63,979 nt of DNA, filler included, from Octopus bimaculoides (GCF_001194135.2; 7 parts of 7 records of this genome joined end to end with filler, not necessarily neighbours in it), one strand, 5' to 3'. Shown: positions 1-12,872, counted from the whole stretch's first letter. The notes: a model not told the origin generated them from the sequence alone. Translations and numbers: made by a program.

Positions 1-48
1 TATATATTTTTTTACTGTTCTTATTTTATTATTGTAACTCATGTCCAT

Positions 49-94
49 TGTCCAGAAATCTTTCGTCACACATCTGTGACCTCATCAGCGACAC
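49..94 (-). ncRNA. Minimal type I hammerhead ribozyme-like motif (orphan Penelope terminal-repeat remnant)
   Basis: Reverse complement reads GUGUCG CUGAUGA G GUCACA-GAUG-UGUGAC GAAA GAUUUC UGGACA: intact CUGAUGA and GAAA cores, perfect 6-bp stem II, UUC triplet, short stem I; homologous to motif at 51945-51989. Confidence 0.5.
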
Positions 95-611
95 TTTTCA
101 TTTTCATGTATGTTCTTGCTCCACGTACTCTATTCTGTTCTTCTAAGGTGCGTATCCTTATGTGTGCATGAGTTTGTTTCCTTGTGTGTGTGTGTGTGTG
201 TGTGTGTGCGTGCGTGCGTATGCATGCATGTGTGTATGTGTGTGTGTGTGTATGCTTGTGTGTGTGTCATAGTTTTTAACAGCAGTGTGACCTTCCCCTC
301 AGCAGCCCCATCCTCTCACCCACTTGTGTTGCTGCTGTCCTAAGACCTGAGAATATGGTACAGTTCCTGTATTCCTCTGTGTATGTGTGTTCGTGCATGG
401 TTTTGCCATCGTGGTAGTTGTTGTTGTTGTTGTTATTGTCATCATTATCACCGTCACTGCTGCTGTCATCGCTAATTGTGTTATTGACATTGTTGTGGCC
501 GGCCATGAAATTTCTTGTGTGTGTGTATGGGTTCTCTTCATATGTTGTATGTATCCATGCCCTTTATATAGATTTATTTATTTTATCTATCTCTATATCT
601 ATTATTTATTA

Positions 612-675
612 CTACATACTGAGCAGGGCCATCTACCTGAACCCCTTCAGGTAGATGGCCCTGCTCAGTATGTAG
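612..675. repeat. Perfect 30-bp inverted repeat (4-nt loop) at 5' junction of truncated RTE LINE
   Basis: CTACATACTGAGCAGGGCCATCTACCTGAA cccc TTCAGGTAGATGGCCCTGCTCAGTATGTAG, no mismatches. Confidence 0.95.
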
Positions 676-1945
676 AAAAGGAGTAGGTAGTAACTCTATA
701 AGATGTACCCGGTGCAAGCTATGGACACATAAGAGGTGCAGCAACATCAAAGGCAGGTTAACTAGCAAGTTAGTTTTTGTTTGTGGCAGATGTTCAGGTG
801 CAATAAAGACTGCAAACAAACAGGAAACAACTTCTATCTCATTCCAGGGTGAAAAACTAGAGGTAGTCGATAGCTTCCGCTATCTGGGCGACCAAGTTAG
901 TAGTGGGGGTGGGTGCGCTGAAAGTGTAGCTGCTAGAATAAGAATAGCCTGGGCAAAGTTTAGAGAGCTCTTANNNNNNNNNNNNNNNNNNNNNNNNNNN
1001 NNNNNNNNNNNNNNNNNNNNNNNNNNNNNNNNNNNNNNNNNNNNNNNNNNNNNNNNNNNNNNNNNNNNNNNNNNNNNNNNNNNNNNNNNNNNNNNNNNNN
1101 NNNNNNNNNNNNNNNNNNNNNNNNNNNNNNNNNNNNNNNNNNNNNNNNNNNNNNNNNNNNNNNNNNNNNNNNNNNNNNNNNNNNNNNNNNNNNNNNNNNN
1201 NNNNNNNNNNNNNNNNNNNNNNNNNNNNNNNNNNNNNNNNNNNNNNNNNNNNNNNNNNNNNNNNNNNNNNNNNNNNNNNNNNNNNNNNNNNNNNNNNNNN
1301 NNNNNNNNNNNNNNNNNNNNNNNNNNNNNNNNNNNNNNNNNNNNNNNNNNNNNNNNNNNNNNNNNNNNNNNNNNNNNNNNNNNNNNNNNNNNNNNNNNNN
1401 NNNNNNNNNNNNNNNNNNNNNNNNNNNNNNNNNNNNNNNNNNNNNNNNNNNNNNNNNNNNNNNNNNNNNNNNNNNNNNNNNNNNNNNNNNNNNNNNNNNN
1501 NNNNNNNNNNNNNNNNNNNNNNNNNNNNNNNNNNNNNNNNNNNNNNNNNNNNNNNNNNNNNNNNNNNNNNNNNNNNNNNNNNNNNNNNNNNNNNNNNNNN
1601 NNNNNNNNNGATGCACCATTTTGAGCGTGGCCGTTGCCAGTACCGCCTGACTGGCTCCTGTAGGATTTTCGAGCGAGATCGTTGCCAGTGCCCCTGGACT
1701 GGCTTGTGCGGGTGGCACATAAAAGACACCATTTCGAGCGTGGCCGTTTTCGTGCGGGTGACACGTAAAAGCACCCACTACACTCTCTGAGTGGTTGGCG
1801 TTAGGAAGGGCATCCAGCTGTAGAAACTCTGCCAAATCAGACTGGAGCCTGGTGTTGCCATCCGGTTTCACCAGTCCTCAGTCAAATCGTCCAACCCATG
1901 CTAGCATGGAAAGCGGACGTTAAACGATGATGATGATGATGATGA
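646..1945 (+). mobile_element. 5'-truncated RTE-clade LINE, 3' part (gap 974-1609) ending in (GAT)n tail
   Basis: Translates GRWPCSVCRKGVG.NSIRCTRCKLWTHKRC...FRYLGDQVSSGGGCAESVAARIRIAWAKFREL, homologous to RTE at 52180-55140; 1610-1945 is the shared RTE/SINE 3' tail. Confidence 0.85.
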
Positions 1946-2000
1946 TGTATGTGACAAATATATTTATATATTTGTTTATTTCTCTATTTATTTTATTTAC

Positions 2001-5000
2001 TTATTTATTTTATACATCTATCTGTATTTCTCATAAGTATCACAGGTAAGTGCATATATGTCTATTATGTGTGCATTACCCTGTATACTTCTGTGTATTA
2101 TTTATGTCTTTTTTTTTTGTTGCGTTTTCATTTTTCCTCTCTCTTCTCATCCTGTCTGTCTTTGGTTATTTGGCCTGGTGGTGGGTGTTACTGCTCCATT
2201 TGTGTTTTCTATTGAGGCTCGGTCTGTCTACTGCTATGTGTGTAACAGGATGTATAATAGGCAGTATGGACGCAGTGTCCCTATACCCACCCATTAACGT
2301 TGATTTTTCTGTACAGAAATATGTGGAGGTGATCAGTGAGAGTGCTGTGGAGTTCCGTGGTATTGACACAGAAGAACTAGGCCTCCTCCTGAGACTGGCA
2401 TGTGACAATGACTACTTAGATAAACAAGACCGTAGTTGTTTCTGCCCCATTAGATCAATAAGAGGCAGACCCCTACTATAACTTCTATGACCAAGAAGAC
2501 CCCCAAAGAGAGATGGAATGGGCAGACCAGAGCTATACGGACTCCTGAAAATAAAGATCAGGTTAAAAAGATGGTCACACATGCGTGGGTGTGAGTGCCA
2601 AAACTACACTCAAGGGCCATATATTTAAGTTTAATAGCAAGATATACACCCAAGAGGAAGGTGCAGCCATCGGTGTCAGTATCGCTGGCAAAGTAGCTAA
2701 CTTATTTATGGTGTGGTGGGACTTAAAGAGAAATTAGCAGAGAACTTCATAAACCTAACCATGTACTCCCACTATGTGGATAATATCAACATAGTAGCCA
2801 AAGCACCCTACAAGACAATGTCAATGATCTAGAAGTCAACACTATGGAGAACATCCAGCAAATAGCTAACCTCATCCACCAGAGTATAGAAATAACAATA
2901 GACTACCCTAGTAAGCACCCTAACCATAGATTACCTGTTTAGACACTGAATTCTGGCTAAAAATGAAGAACGGTAAGGTCCAGATCCTTCGCGCACATTA
3001 TGCCAAACCCATGGCCTCTAAGTATTAGGTCGTCAAGTGTGAAATTTGTAGTAAGGTATATGGTAAACTTTGACTGCTGCTCATTTTGCGCCATTATTAT
3101 ATTTTAATGATCTTCATTTTTTGTTAGAAAGCTGACATATCTATTTTTATATTCTAACTCATTTTGTATTTTATAAAGTATTTATAAATCATTTTTTGCT
3201 GTTTTTGTTTAGAGATGCATGGGTTGGAAATTCATACAGTTTTGAAATAGTTCTTTCTTGGAAATACAGCATCACAGACAGCTCGGAATATTAATGGAAT
3301 ATTTCATTCTAATGTTATTACACAGCAGACGGTATCATATTGGTTTGCAAAATTTTGTTCTAGTAACTTTGACCCCACAAATGAGCAACACGGTCGACCA
3401 GAAACAAAGGTGGATAATGACAAACTAACAGTCACCGTCGAGTCAGATCCATTTCAAAGTGCCCGTGAATTATCAATGTTGTTTGGTGTTAGCAAGCAAA
3501 TAATATTGACTCGCATAGTTCAAATTGGTAAAGTGAAAATTTGGATAAGTAGGTTTCACATGAACTCAATGAAAATCAGAAGCAGCAACGTTTGGAAGCT
3601 TGCATTATGCTACTTTCTCGTCACAAAAATGAATCATTTTTGAATTGAATTGTAACATGTGATGAGAAATGGATCCAATACAACCATAAATCTTCAGCAC
3701 AATGGCTGGACGAAGATGAGCCACCAAAACACAGTTCAAAAAGCCAAATTCATCAAAAGAAGCTGATGTTGAGTGTTTGGTGGTCTGGCACAGATGTGAT
3801 CCATTATGATTTCATTAAACCTGGCTCATCAATCACGGCCGAAGTATACTGCAGCCAACTGGACCAAATGATGCAAAAACTTACCAATAAACAGCCTAGA
3901 TTAGTCGACAGACCCACTTCTATTTTATTGCAGGACAATGCCAGACCACACATCACAAAAATGACATTGACGAACTACAGAAATTGAAGTTGGAAGTTTC
4001 CCATCATCCACCATACTCACCTGATCTTGCTCCCACTGACTGCCGCTTCTTCCAGAATTTGGATAATTTTTTGATAGGAAAAAAATTTTATTCTGACAAT
4101 GCTGTAAAACAGGCCTTCCAAGATTTTATTGACTCCAGATTGCCAGGCTTTTACAGTTCTGGGCCAGACAAGCTACCACTGAAATGGCAAGAGTGTATTG
4201 ACAATATGGGCGCATACTTTGATGAATAAAATTATTCCTTGTATTTATAAAACAGCAAACTTTTTATCTTTTCTACAAATTTCATACTTGATGACCTAAT
4301 ACCTTGTTCACAAGAATGCAGTGATTGCGAACAACACCAAGTTCAGTGTTCTTATAGCTTGACTTGTAGAGAGTGATGAGGAATGTGGCTTGCATGTGTG
4401 ACCCTATGGAATTGGAAAGACACATATAACACTTCATCCACCGCATGCAGTTCTCTGGCTACAACGAAAGGGACAGGATTAGAGTGTATAAAGGACCCAG
4501 GACTAAGTACAACGCCATCATAGAGAGTGATGCTAAGGGGATCTGCCTGCTGTACAGGAGTAAATTCTGGAACAGCACAGAAAGGACCAATAATAAGATA
4601 AATAAAGTCAACACTTTGTATGACAACAAAAAAATACCAGAGTGTCATGTTCATCAATGCTACCCCTGACGGCGAACTAGCATACCTTTTTAGAAAAACA
4701 TTAAGTAAGGCTAATCTACGAATTAAAGTAGTAGAGGGGCCTGGCGCCCCATTAAAATCCCTGATCTGCAATACCTATCCCTTTGATTAAGTTCCCCTGT
4801 ACAGAGTACAATTGTATTGTATGTAGGATGAACCCACGGGTTACTGTAAGATTAGGAATGTAGTGTATAGCTTTCGATGTACTGAGGGACGGTGCAGAAA
4901 CATGACAACTGCCTACATTGAAGAGACTGCACGCAGCATAAGAGAGCGTGTAGGTGAATATTGGTGAGAGCCCAAAGAAGGGAAAAGCTCGTCAGTGCTC

Positions 5001-5330
5001 TACCAACATGCTCGGGAAGAACATGGAGGCTCAATTAGAGGTTAAGGTATTATCGATACATAGAACTGACATGACACTTAGACAGATTACAGAGTCTACA
5101 CACATAGAAGTAGACAGACCGAGCCTCAATAGAAAACATGAATGGAACAGTAACACCCACCACATGACTAAGGACAGAAGGTATGAGAAGAGAGAAGAAA
5201 ACGAAAAAGCAAAAAACTCGTAAATGATACACAGAAACATACAGGGTAATACACACACAGTAGACGTATATGCACTGACATGTGATACTTATGAGAAATA
5301 CAGATAGATGTATAAAATAAATAAATAAAT
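2001..5330 (+). mobile_element. Penelope-like retroelement (decayed RT and GIY-YIG), 5'-truncated with inverted terminal repeat, interrupted by mariner
   Basis: RT remnants (IGSMDAVSLYPPI, GAAIGVSIAGKVANLFM, HYVDN), GIY-YIG remnants (CKIRNVVYSFRC, YIEETARSIRERVGE); 2001-2243 is an inverted copy of 5097-5326; frame KPMASKY|LVHKNAVIA is restored when the mariner is removed. Confidence 0.85.
3025..4299 (+). mobile_element. Mariner (DD34D) DNA transposon, full length, inactivated
   Basis: TIRs TTAGGTCGTCAAGTGTGAAATTTGTAG / CTACAAATTTCATACTTGATGACCTAA, TA duplications at 3023-3024 and 4300-4301; motifs TCDEKW, LLQDNARPH, YSPDLAPTD with stops and frameshifts. Confidence 0.95.
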
Positions 5331-5331
5331 A

Positions 5332-5994
5332 TCTTACTATAATAGGCCTTATGTCCGTCAGTCCGTGACCTTTTCACGGCCAAATGACTGGTCACCCTTG
5401 CACAAAACTTGGCAGTCATACTAAGGACGTCTCAAGAATGGTTTATATCATGTTTAAATTTTTTTTATTGGAAAGACTTGCTATACTGCTTCGATTCGTA
5501 CGAAACTAAGGAAGCCATTTCGTAAAAGATTTCTTTTATTTATTTCTTTTCATTCTCTGTGTGTGACAGCAAAGGGACATTGTTTGATAGGAAGTGTGTT
5601 GATGGGGTGTGTGACAGAGACAGACAGAGAGAAACACACGCACACACACAGACAAATGGAGAAAGAGAGACAAAGACTATGTGTATGCCTGTGTGTGCGT
5701 TTTTTTTTAACCCATGAGCTACAACGATGTCGATTTCACCCAGCACACACAACAAAAAACATACATAAATAAAAACAAATTATACGGAAATCGGCCACAG
5801 TAACAAAAACCGAAATGGCATTTATAAAAGTTCAAACAGTACTTTCAATTCTTCTTTCATTATTATCTCTACAACGGTTCTGGGTGTTGATGGGGTGTGC
5901 AACACACAAAGTGTCTGAGAGGCACGCAGTGACACAGAGAGAGAGAGAGAAAGACAGAGAAAAACACTGACACACAGAAACAGAGAGAAAGACA

Positions 5995-6052
<58 letters not shown>

Positions 6053-7029
6053 ATATGTGCGTGTATGTGAGTTTTCTTTTACCTCATCAATACATTGATG
6101 GGATGGGCGAAACAGAAAGTGTGTGACAGAGAGAGAGAGAGAGAGAAACACAAACAGGCAGAAAGAGAGAGAAAAAGACAGCGTGTGTGCATTTCTTTTA
6201 ACCCCATCAACACATTTCCTCTACAATGTCAATTTGGTGCAGCACCCAAGACAAAAAAATAAATAAAAACAATACTGTTAATGACCACCTGATTAATAAC
6301 TTCCCAGGAGAAAGTTGACAATATCTAAGTTCGGACACTATAGTCAATGGGAATTATCACCAGTATCCACAGGATTTCCTTAACAACTTGAATCCATCAG
6401 GACTACCTACCTATGCATAGGATCTCATTGAAAAAGTACTGTCCTATAATGTTCCTATGAAATTTTGACCCTGCCAATGGACATTACAACGGAACAAGAT
6501 ACACCATCACACAGCTCAATTGTCACGTCATTGAGGCAGTAATAGCAATTGGCCCTCACAGTGGTAAGTGCCTGTTTATACCTCAGATACCACTGGTACC
6601 CCCACCTCCGACAACCAGTTTCCCTTCCAATTATGATGCAGGCAGTTTCCCATCAAACAAGCCTTCTCATTCACAGCTAACAAGTCTCAGGGCCAGACTT
6701 TAGATCGAGTTGATGTGTTCTGCCCACTCCGATATTTACACATGGTCAGTTGTATGTCACTATGAGCAGAGTAACGGACTCAGCTAATTTGAAGATTAGT
6801 GTTGATCAAACACAAAATATCATTTACAAAGAAGATTTGTAAATGTAATAATATCATGAATATGTACTATGTAAAGTAAAGCTGTACATAAGTATAATCA
6901 AAACCAACCGTTATTTATATTTCATTACATTTCCCATGCCATATTTCAGTATAAATACATTCATACTTAAAGTTGTTATTATTTTCCACCCTCCTTTCAT
7001 TTCCCATCGTAGATGGGTAGGTTTGCTAT
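5332..7029 (+). mobile_element. Internally deleted Helitron
   Basis: A|TCTTACTATAATAG 5' end; 3' hairpin CCCATC-GTA-GATGGG (7003-7017) followed by CTAT(AG) approximating CTRR; contains helicase C-terminus. Confidence 0.8.
6295..6845 (+). pseudogene. Helitron RepHel Pif1-like helicase C-terminal remnant
   Basis: YPQDFLNNLNPSGLP, NGTRY, FIPQIPL, RQFPIKQAFSFTANKSQGQTLDRV, FTHGQLYVTMSRV with stops and frameshifts. Confidence 0.88.
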
Positions 7030-7034
7030 AGGAA

Positions 7035-8990
7035 AATAGGCAGCCGGAGAACATGAATGTTACAGCAATTATGTGCTCCTGAAAAACCCTTCTGACATAA
7101 ACTTTAAAAATACAATAGACATAGTGTGTAAAATTTTTAGTAAGAAAAGCTCATTGTGCAATACACACTGGAAATGTTTGAACCTAGAAAAGAACAACGA
7201 GGCGGACTACATCACGTATGCTGGTAGAGTTAACAGAGAATGTGAAAAGTTTAAACTGAACAAATTAATGCCAGATATGTTCAAGTGCCTGCTATTTACT
7301 CAGAGACTAACTGCAGAAAATGACACAAAAGTAAGAACAAGAATTCTCACTAAGCTGGAACAAAACCAAGTTGTAACCTTACAACAAGTGTCAGAAGAGT
7401 GTGAAAGAATTGTAGATTTAAGGCATGATACAGAGAAAATTAAACATAAAGATTGCACCCAAGTGAAACAAGTGCATTGGAAAATACAAAACAGGCAGAA
7501 TAGAAATCAAGTGTGTACTAAGATACAGTACAGACAGGACAAAAATCAGGAAACAAACCCATGTTTTGCATGTGGAGGTCTAGACCTGTGAAAAAGCTGC
7601 CCATTCAAGAAAGTGGAATGCTTCCTTTGTGGAAAAATTGGACATGTAAAAGTGCACTGAAAAACCAAGATGACAAAATGTTGGAACAAAGGAAAAAGAA
7701 TAAACAAGATGTCATCGAAAGAAAATGGTAATATAATATAGAAGAAATTTGTAAATGTGAAAATTGAAAAAGAGTAAAAATGCAGTTAAACACTGGAAGT
7801 GATATTACCAGCATGAATGAAAAAACTTGGAAGTATATCAGTAAGCCAAAATTAAGTAAATCTACAAAAGTAGCACACGATGTTATGAGCAAAAGACTGT
7901 ATTTTGTAGGTGAATTTGTGTGTAACGTAACATTTTGTGACCAAATGAAAATGGCAAAATATATCTGTTCAAAAATTCAGTTAATCTATTTGGCACAGAA
8001 TGGATGGAACTATTCAAATTGTGGAATACGCCCATATGAGTTTTGTGTGAGAATATAGTCAGTTCATTCGAAGGTTCAAATGTGGTTGAGGGATTGAAAC
8101 AAAAAAATAAAACATTTATTTCCAGATGTTTACCTTGAGAAACCGGGCTACTGCACAAAAACAAAGTCAAAAATTGTAGTAAAACAAAGTACAATACTTG
8201 TATTTAAGCCAAAATAGAATGTATCGTTCACAGTAATAGAACAGGTAAATAAGGAACTTGAAAGATTTGAAAGCCTAGGAATAATCGAGAAGACAGACTA
8301 CTCAGATTGGGCAGCACCTACGCTCTACATAAAAAAGAAAAATAATAAATTAAGAGTTTGTGCAGATTTTTCAACAGGGTTGAATGATTGCTTAATCTCA
8401 CATAACTACCCATTGCCAAGTCCTGAGGAAGTGTTTGCAAAATTGAATGGAGAGAAATTCTTCTCAAAATTTGACCTCTTGGAGGCGTATCTACAAATCC
8501 AAATAGAAGAATGCTCACACTTATTAACCATTAATACAGACCGTGACTTATTTAAATTTAAGCAGCCTCCCTTCAGTGTAAAAGTGGTTCCTTCCATATT
8601 TCAGCAAATAATGGATACAATGCTGGGTGACTGTGATTTTGCTATCAGCTATTCAGATGATATCCTAATAAAAAGTGAATCACATGAGCAACATGTGGAA
8701 CACGTTAAAAGGGTATTCAAGAAGATTAGAAAATACAGCATCAAATTTATGGAAGAAAAATACAAGATCTTTTTGTAAAAAATTAAATACTTAAGCCAGA
8801 TAATAGATAAAATGGACAAAAATTGGATCCACCCAGAGAAACTTCAATAAAAAAGAAATGCCCATGCCGAATAATGTAACTATGCTACAAGCATTTTGGG
8901 GTTTAGTAAATTCATATCAAATTTACATTCCCAATATACATAATGTGTATTTCATGCTGACTATTGCATTGAAGCAATATTGACAACTCT
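7035..8990 (+). mobile_element. Gypsy/Ty3 LTR retrotransposon internal fragment (gag-protease-RT), decayed
   Basis: Zinc knuckles CFACGG..C / CFLCGKIGH, protease-like LNTGSD, RT DYSDWAAP, LRVCADFSTGLN, YPLPSPEEVFAKLNG, FSKFDL..AYLQI, YSDDILI; no LTRs seen. Confidence 0.9.
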
Positions 8991-9189
8991 TCTGACATAC
9001 TAACTGGAAGCTCACAGCATCTTTTATGCTATAAGTATATATAAACTCTGAATGGCTCAGTGTTGGTAAAAACAAAGTGTAACATGGTGAAAAATTATAA
9101 TACATTTTTCAGGAGGAAAAGAAGTTATTTCTCAGGATTTGATTTAGCCATGTAAGTTGTACATGTGTAAATAAATCATTCTTTAGTCC

Positions 9190-9900
9190 AAAAATAGATA
9201 CAACCACATTGTCAAAATGAATTTCTGCTCATGAGTGCAGTGTCCAAGTATCTTGCTTTTTGGGTTTAGCAAAGCATTCAAGTTGTATGTATTTTTTAGA
9301 ATGCTTCTCCACTCTGTCAAGCAGAGCCTGCAGATACTGCACAGACCATTCTAGCAACATCCAGTTGATTTTGTATGACATTGCTTCCCTTTTATTTGCT
9401 ATATATATCTGGCTAACATTGGAACATTGCAGCTTTCTTGGGTTCTAAAAGAGGATTTGTGATTATTCAGCCTGGCCTTCAAGAGGCTCTTTGTCACTCT
9501 GACATATTTCTCTCTGTGTTACTCCATTGTTGGGGGACACCATCTCTGCTTCATAGATCACAACTTCTATGTTGCAACTGTAAACTCTACATAAGCATCC
9601 TATCTCTACCCAGGGCCGGGCCTTGAGGGTACTTGTTAATACTTTTTTGATACATGCCTATTGTATATTTTCCTTTACCTATGATCCTGTGTAAAATCCT
9701 TATCCTCTAATCTAAGGAAAGCCCTTCCCATACAGGTTTTCATATTGAGTGAGAACAGGGGAGGAGGCAAACCAGAAAATTTTAATGACTGTGCTTTCTC
9801 TTATGGATGTTAGAATTGGATAGATAAATGATGTGGTCTTAAACCCACTGGCTGCCAGCTCTTCATTGTCACATCATCAGAAACATCTTTGAGAATAGGC
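9190..9900 (-). mobile_element. Penelope-like element fragment (linker and GIY-YIG), old
   Basis: Minus strand gives FSLNMKTCMGRAFLRL..KDF..DHR, VIYEAEMV, KYVRVT..LKARLNNHKSSF, matching the element at 40391-42364. Confidence 0.75.
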
Positions 9901-10695
9901 TTGAAGTCCTCCAACTGACACCCTTTACAAGAATTTTAAACTCTATAGGTAGGTGGCAGGTGGCCTTTTGTTTGATTTGAAGTTGTGTGTGTGTGTGTGT
10001 GTGTGTGCGTACATGCGTGCATGCACGAGTGTGTGTGTGTACATGCATACATGTATGTGGGTAAGTATGTGTGCATGTGTATAATATATACAGATAAACA
10101 ACTTTACAACAAATGAGTAAGTATCTAAAATCTGTTTATATTATCATAACATTATCTATTTTTATCATTGTTTTTCATTATACTCTCTAGGTCATAATTT
10201 GTGTTCTATTTTATTTTTTCTGATTACAATATTTCATATCTAATACCTGAATATAACCTGTATTATACATAAATATGCACTTGCATATACATTCACATAC
10301 ATGTAAGTGTGTGTGTGTGTTTTCATTTTGGAGCAACGTAAATCACAATAATATGGTATGATGCAACAGGATAGCTAGATTCATAACTCTCAAATCAGTT
10401 CACAATAGTAGAACAACTAGGATTGAACATTGACCCTGTCATAAAAATACCCACCTATAGATATATCAGGCTACCAGGAATAAGAGCTTGTGAAGGTCAT
10501 TGTGACACACTTTTCCATCATACTAACTACATAACTAAATCATTTGATATCTCCTGTAGGTTTTAAGTTAATAAATCTTAATAATATCTATAATAATAAT
10601 ATTTATAAGATAAATTTCAACAGGCTTTAACTTATTTTGACTTACTTATAAACCATTTTATTAAGTAATGTCAATATTTGACTTCTTTCCTCATT

Positions 10696-10734
<39 letters not shown>

Positions 10735-10737
10735 ATA

Positions 10738-11639
10738 CAAGGTCTGATCAATAAGTATCTGGACTGTTGCCATAGTAATGAACCTATAGCACATAGAGCA
10801 AAGTCACTTGGCAAATATTGGCTTTGAACTCTGCTGTACATGAGCACTAAGTTTTAACGTTCTAGCTCACTTTCGCTGTTTTCAGCAGTGCTTAGAAGGA
10901 AGGTGTGTAGCGTGTGATCATCACATTGACTATGACAGAGTAAGTTGTCATGGCGATATCTGCTCAGAAGCCGAATCAAAGTTGCAGAAAGTGTATAGAG
11001 AGGAGTGCATGAGCCACACACACAAGTGTACGAGTGGTTCAGACATTTCCAGGATGACTGAAAAAAATGTTGATACTGATGAAGGTTCTGGGAGACCCAC
11101 AACCAGCAGAACTGGGAAAACCATCACAGATGGGCTTGCAGCAGTGAGGAGAAATTATCAAATCATCCATGAGTTATCAGAGGATGTGCAGATTAGTTAT
11201 GGTTCAGTTCAATCCATTATTACTGAAGATTTGGATATGATAGGAGTGTCTGCAAAGTTTATGCCAAAACTGCTTTCATCTGACCAAAGAGACACTTGGG
11301 TTTCAGTTGCACAAGATCTCCTTGATTGTGTCAAGAACAATGAAAACTTTTTGGAAACTTTGCATAGGCCTTTGAACAGTTATCGTCAAACTTTAGCAAA
11401 ATTTGATGCAATTTCTCTGCTCAATTTTCTCTATCATGGTCAATGCAAAGTGATCACAAACTACACATGTTCCTTCCAAGCACTGCTGTAAACAGTGGAA
11501 GTGAGTAAGAATATTAAAACTTAGGGCATATACACAGCAGACTTCAAAGTCAATCTGTACCAAGTGGCTTTACCTTGCATGCTTTAGCTTTGTCACTATG
11601 GCAACAGTCCGGATCCAGATACTTATTAATCGGACCACA
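10738..11639 (+). mobile_element. Internally deleted mariner transposon
   Basis: TIRs GGTCTGATCAATAAGTATCTGGACTGTTGCCATAG and its reverse complement near 11596-11636; HTH region SGRPTT..ELSEDVQISYGSVQSIITEDL..VSAKFMPKLL. Confidence 0.88.
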
Positions 11640-12355
11640 TAAATGGAAGCTGTATATGTTTGGCCTGTTTACATATTGTGACACACTCAATTGAACTCAT
11701 CCCAAAACATTCATTTAGTCAACTGTACCTTCAAATCATGACATCTGAGGAAGCATTATTACATATTTCCATATATTATGGCATGTATTACATAACACTG
11801 TATGGATTGTGTAACATTGTATGAGATACAGAATAAGAATATTGTCCGTTTTACAGAAACAATAGTAATGTTAATTTGACTTCTCCTTTCTTCTTTTAAA
11901 TTATTACTTTTATTACTCACTCTGCTGGGCTTATTTTAAGCTGACTGGATCTTACCTTGGAGTTGTGCTTCTGTTTACATCAACTGAAGTCTTATAGAAC
12001 TCCTTTTGATATTGGAATACTATGCTATAGCCAAGGACCAGCATGATGTACTTGTGAGGGGAATATCTAGGATTATAATTATCCTTTCTATCAATCAATC
12101 AATTAAAATATTTGTGTGTGTGTGGTGAGAGAGAGAGAGTGTGTGTAAAAGTAAAAGAGATGACACATGAAAAACGAGGATTATGTTATGAACTTCATTA
12201 GCTTACAGCTATTTCTGCCATAAAATGCAGTGGATTCATAGTTGAGTGACTGAATAACACCCTATAGCTTTATTGAAGCCTCGAATATGAAGTGCAATAT
12301 ATATATATATANNNNNNNNNNNNNNNNNNNNNNNNNNNNNNNNNNNNNNNNNNNN

Positions 12356-12367
12356 TTAATTAATTAA
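12356..12367. other. Artificial gap spacer TTAATTAATTAA (also 23145, 31002, 46760, 59501, 61628)
   Basis: Identical 12-mer centred in N runs, stop codons in all frames. Confidence 0.9.
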
Positions 12368-12411
12368 NNNNNNNNNNNNNNNNNNNNNNNNNNNNNNNNN
12401 NNNNNNNNNNN

Positions 12412-12454
<43 letters not shown>

Positions 12455-12483
12455 GTATTAACTTCCTGAAATTATCCAATTAT

Positions 12484-12855
12484 AGGTGCAGATATGGCTG
12501 TGTGGTAACAAAATTGTTCCTCCACCACATGGTTCTAGGTTCAGTCCCACAGCATGCCCCATACCAACCAAAGTCTTGTGAGTAAATTTGGTAGGCAGAA
12601 ACTAAAAGAAAACCAACTTGAGGTTTCCTATCAATTACCATTAGGCTTTTGTTTTCCTTCTTTATAAGGAAACTGATGTTGACAGTCGTCAGGCATAGGC
12701 ACGGCTGTATGCTAGATGATTGCTTCTCGATCACATGGTTCCAAGTTCAGTCCTACTGCATGGCACCTTGGGCAAGTGTCTTTTATTATAGTCTTGGGCT
12801 GATCAAAGCCCTGTGAGCGGATTTTTGTAGTTGGAAACTGAAAGAAGCCTATCAT
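12484..12855 (+). mobile_element. Two diverged 5' halves of octopod tRNA-derived SINE (family A)
   Basis: Both match the GGCGCAGG..GGCTGTGTGGTAAG..GGTTCAGTCCCACTG..GGAAACTGAAAGAAGCC pattern of 14943-15345. Confidence 0.75.
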
Positions 12856-12872
12856 ATATATATATATATAAA

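Noticed and set aside
12356-12367. Recurrent perfect palindrome TTAATTAATTAA (six copies)
   Set aside because: Always centred in N runs of about 100 bases total; an assembly spacer, not biology
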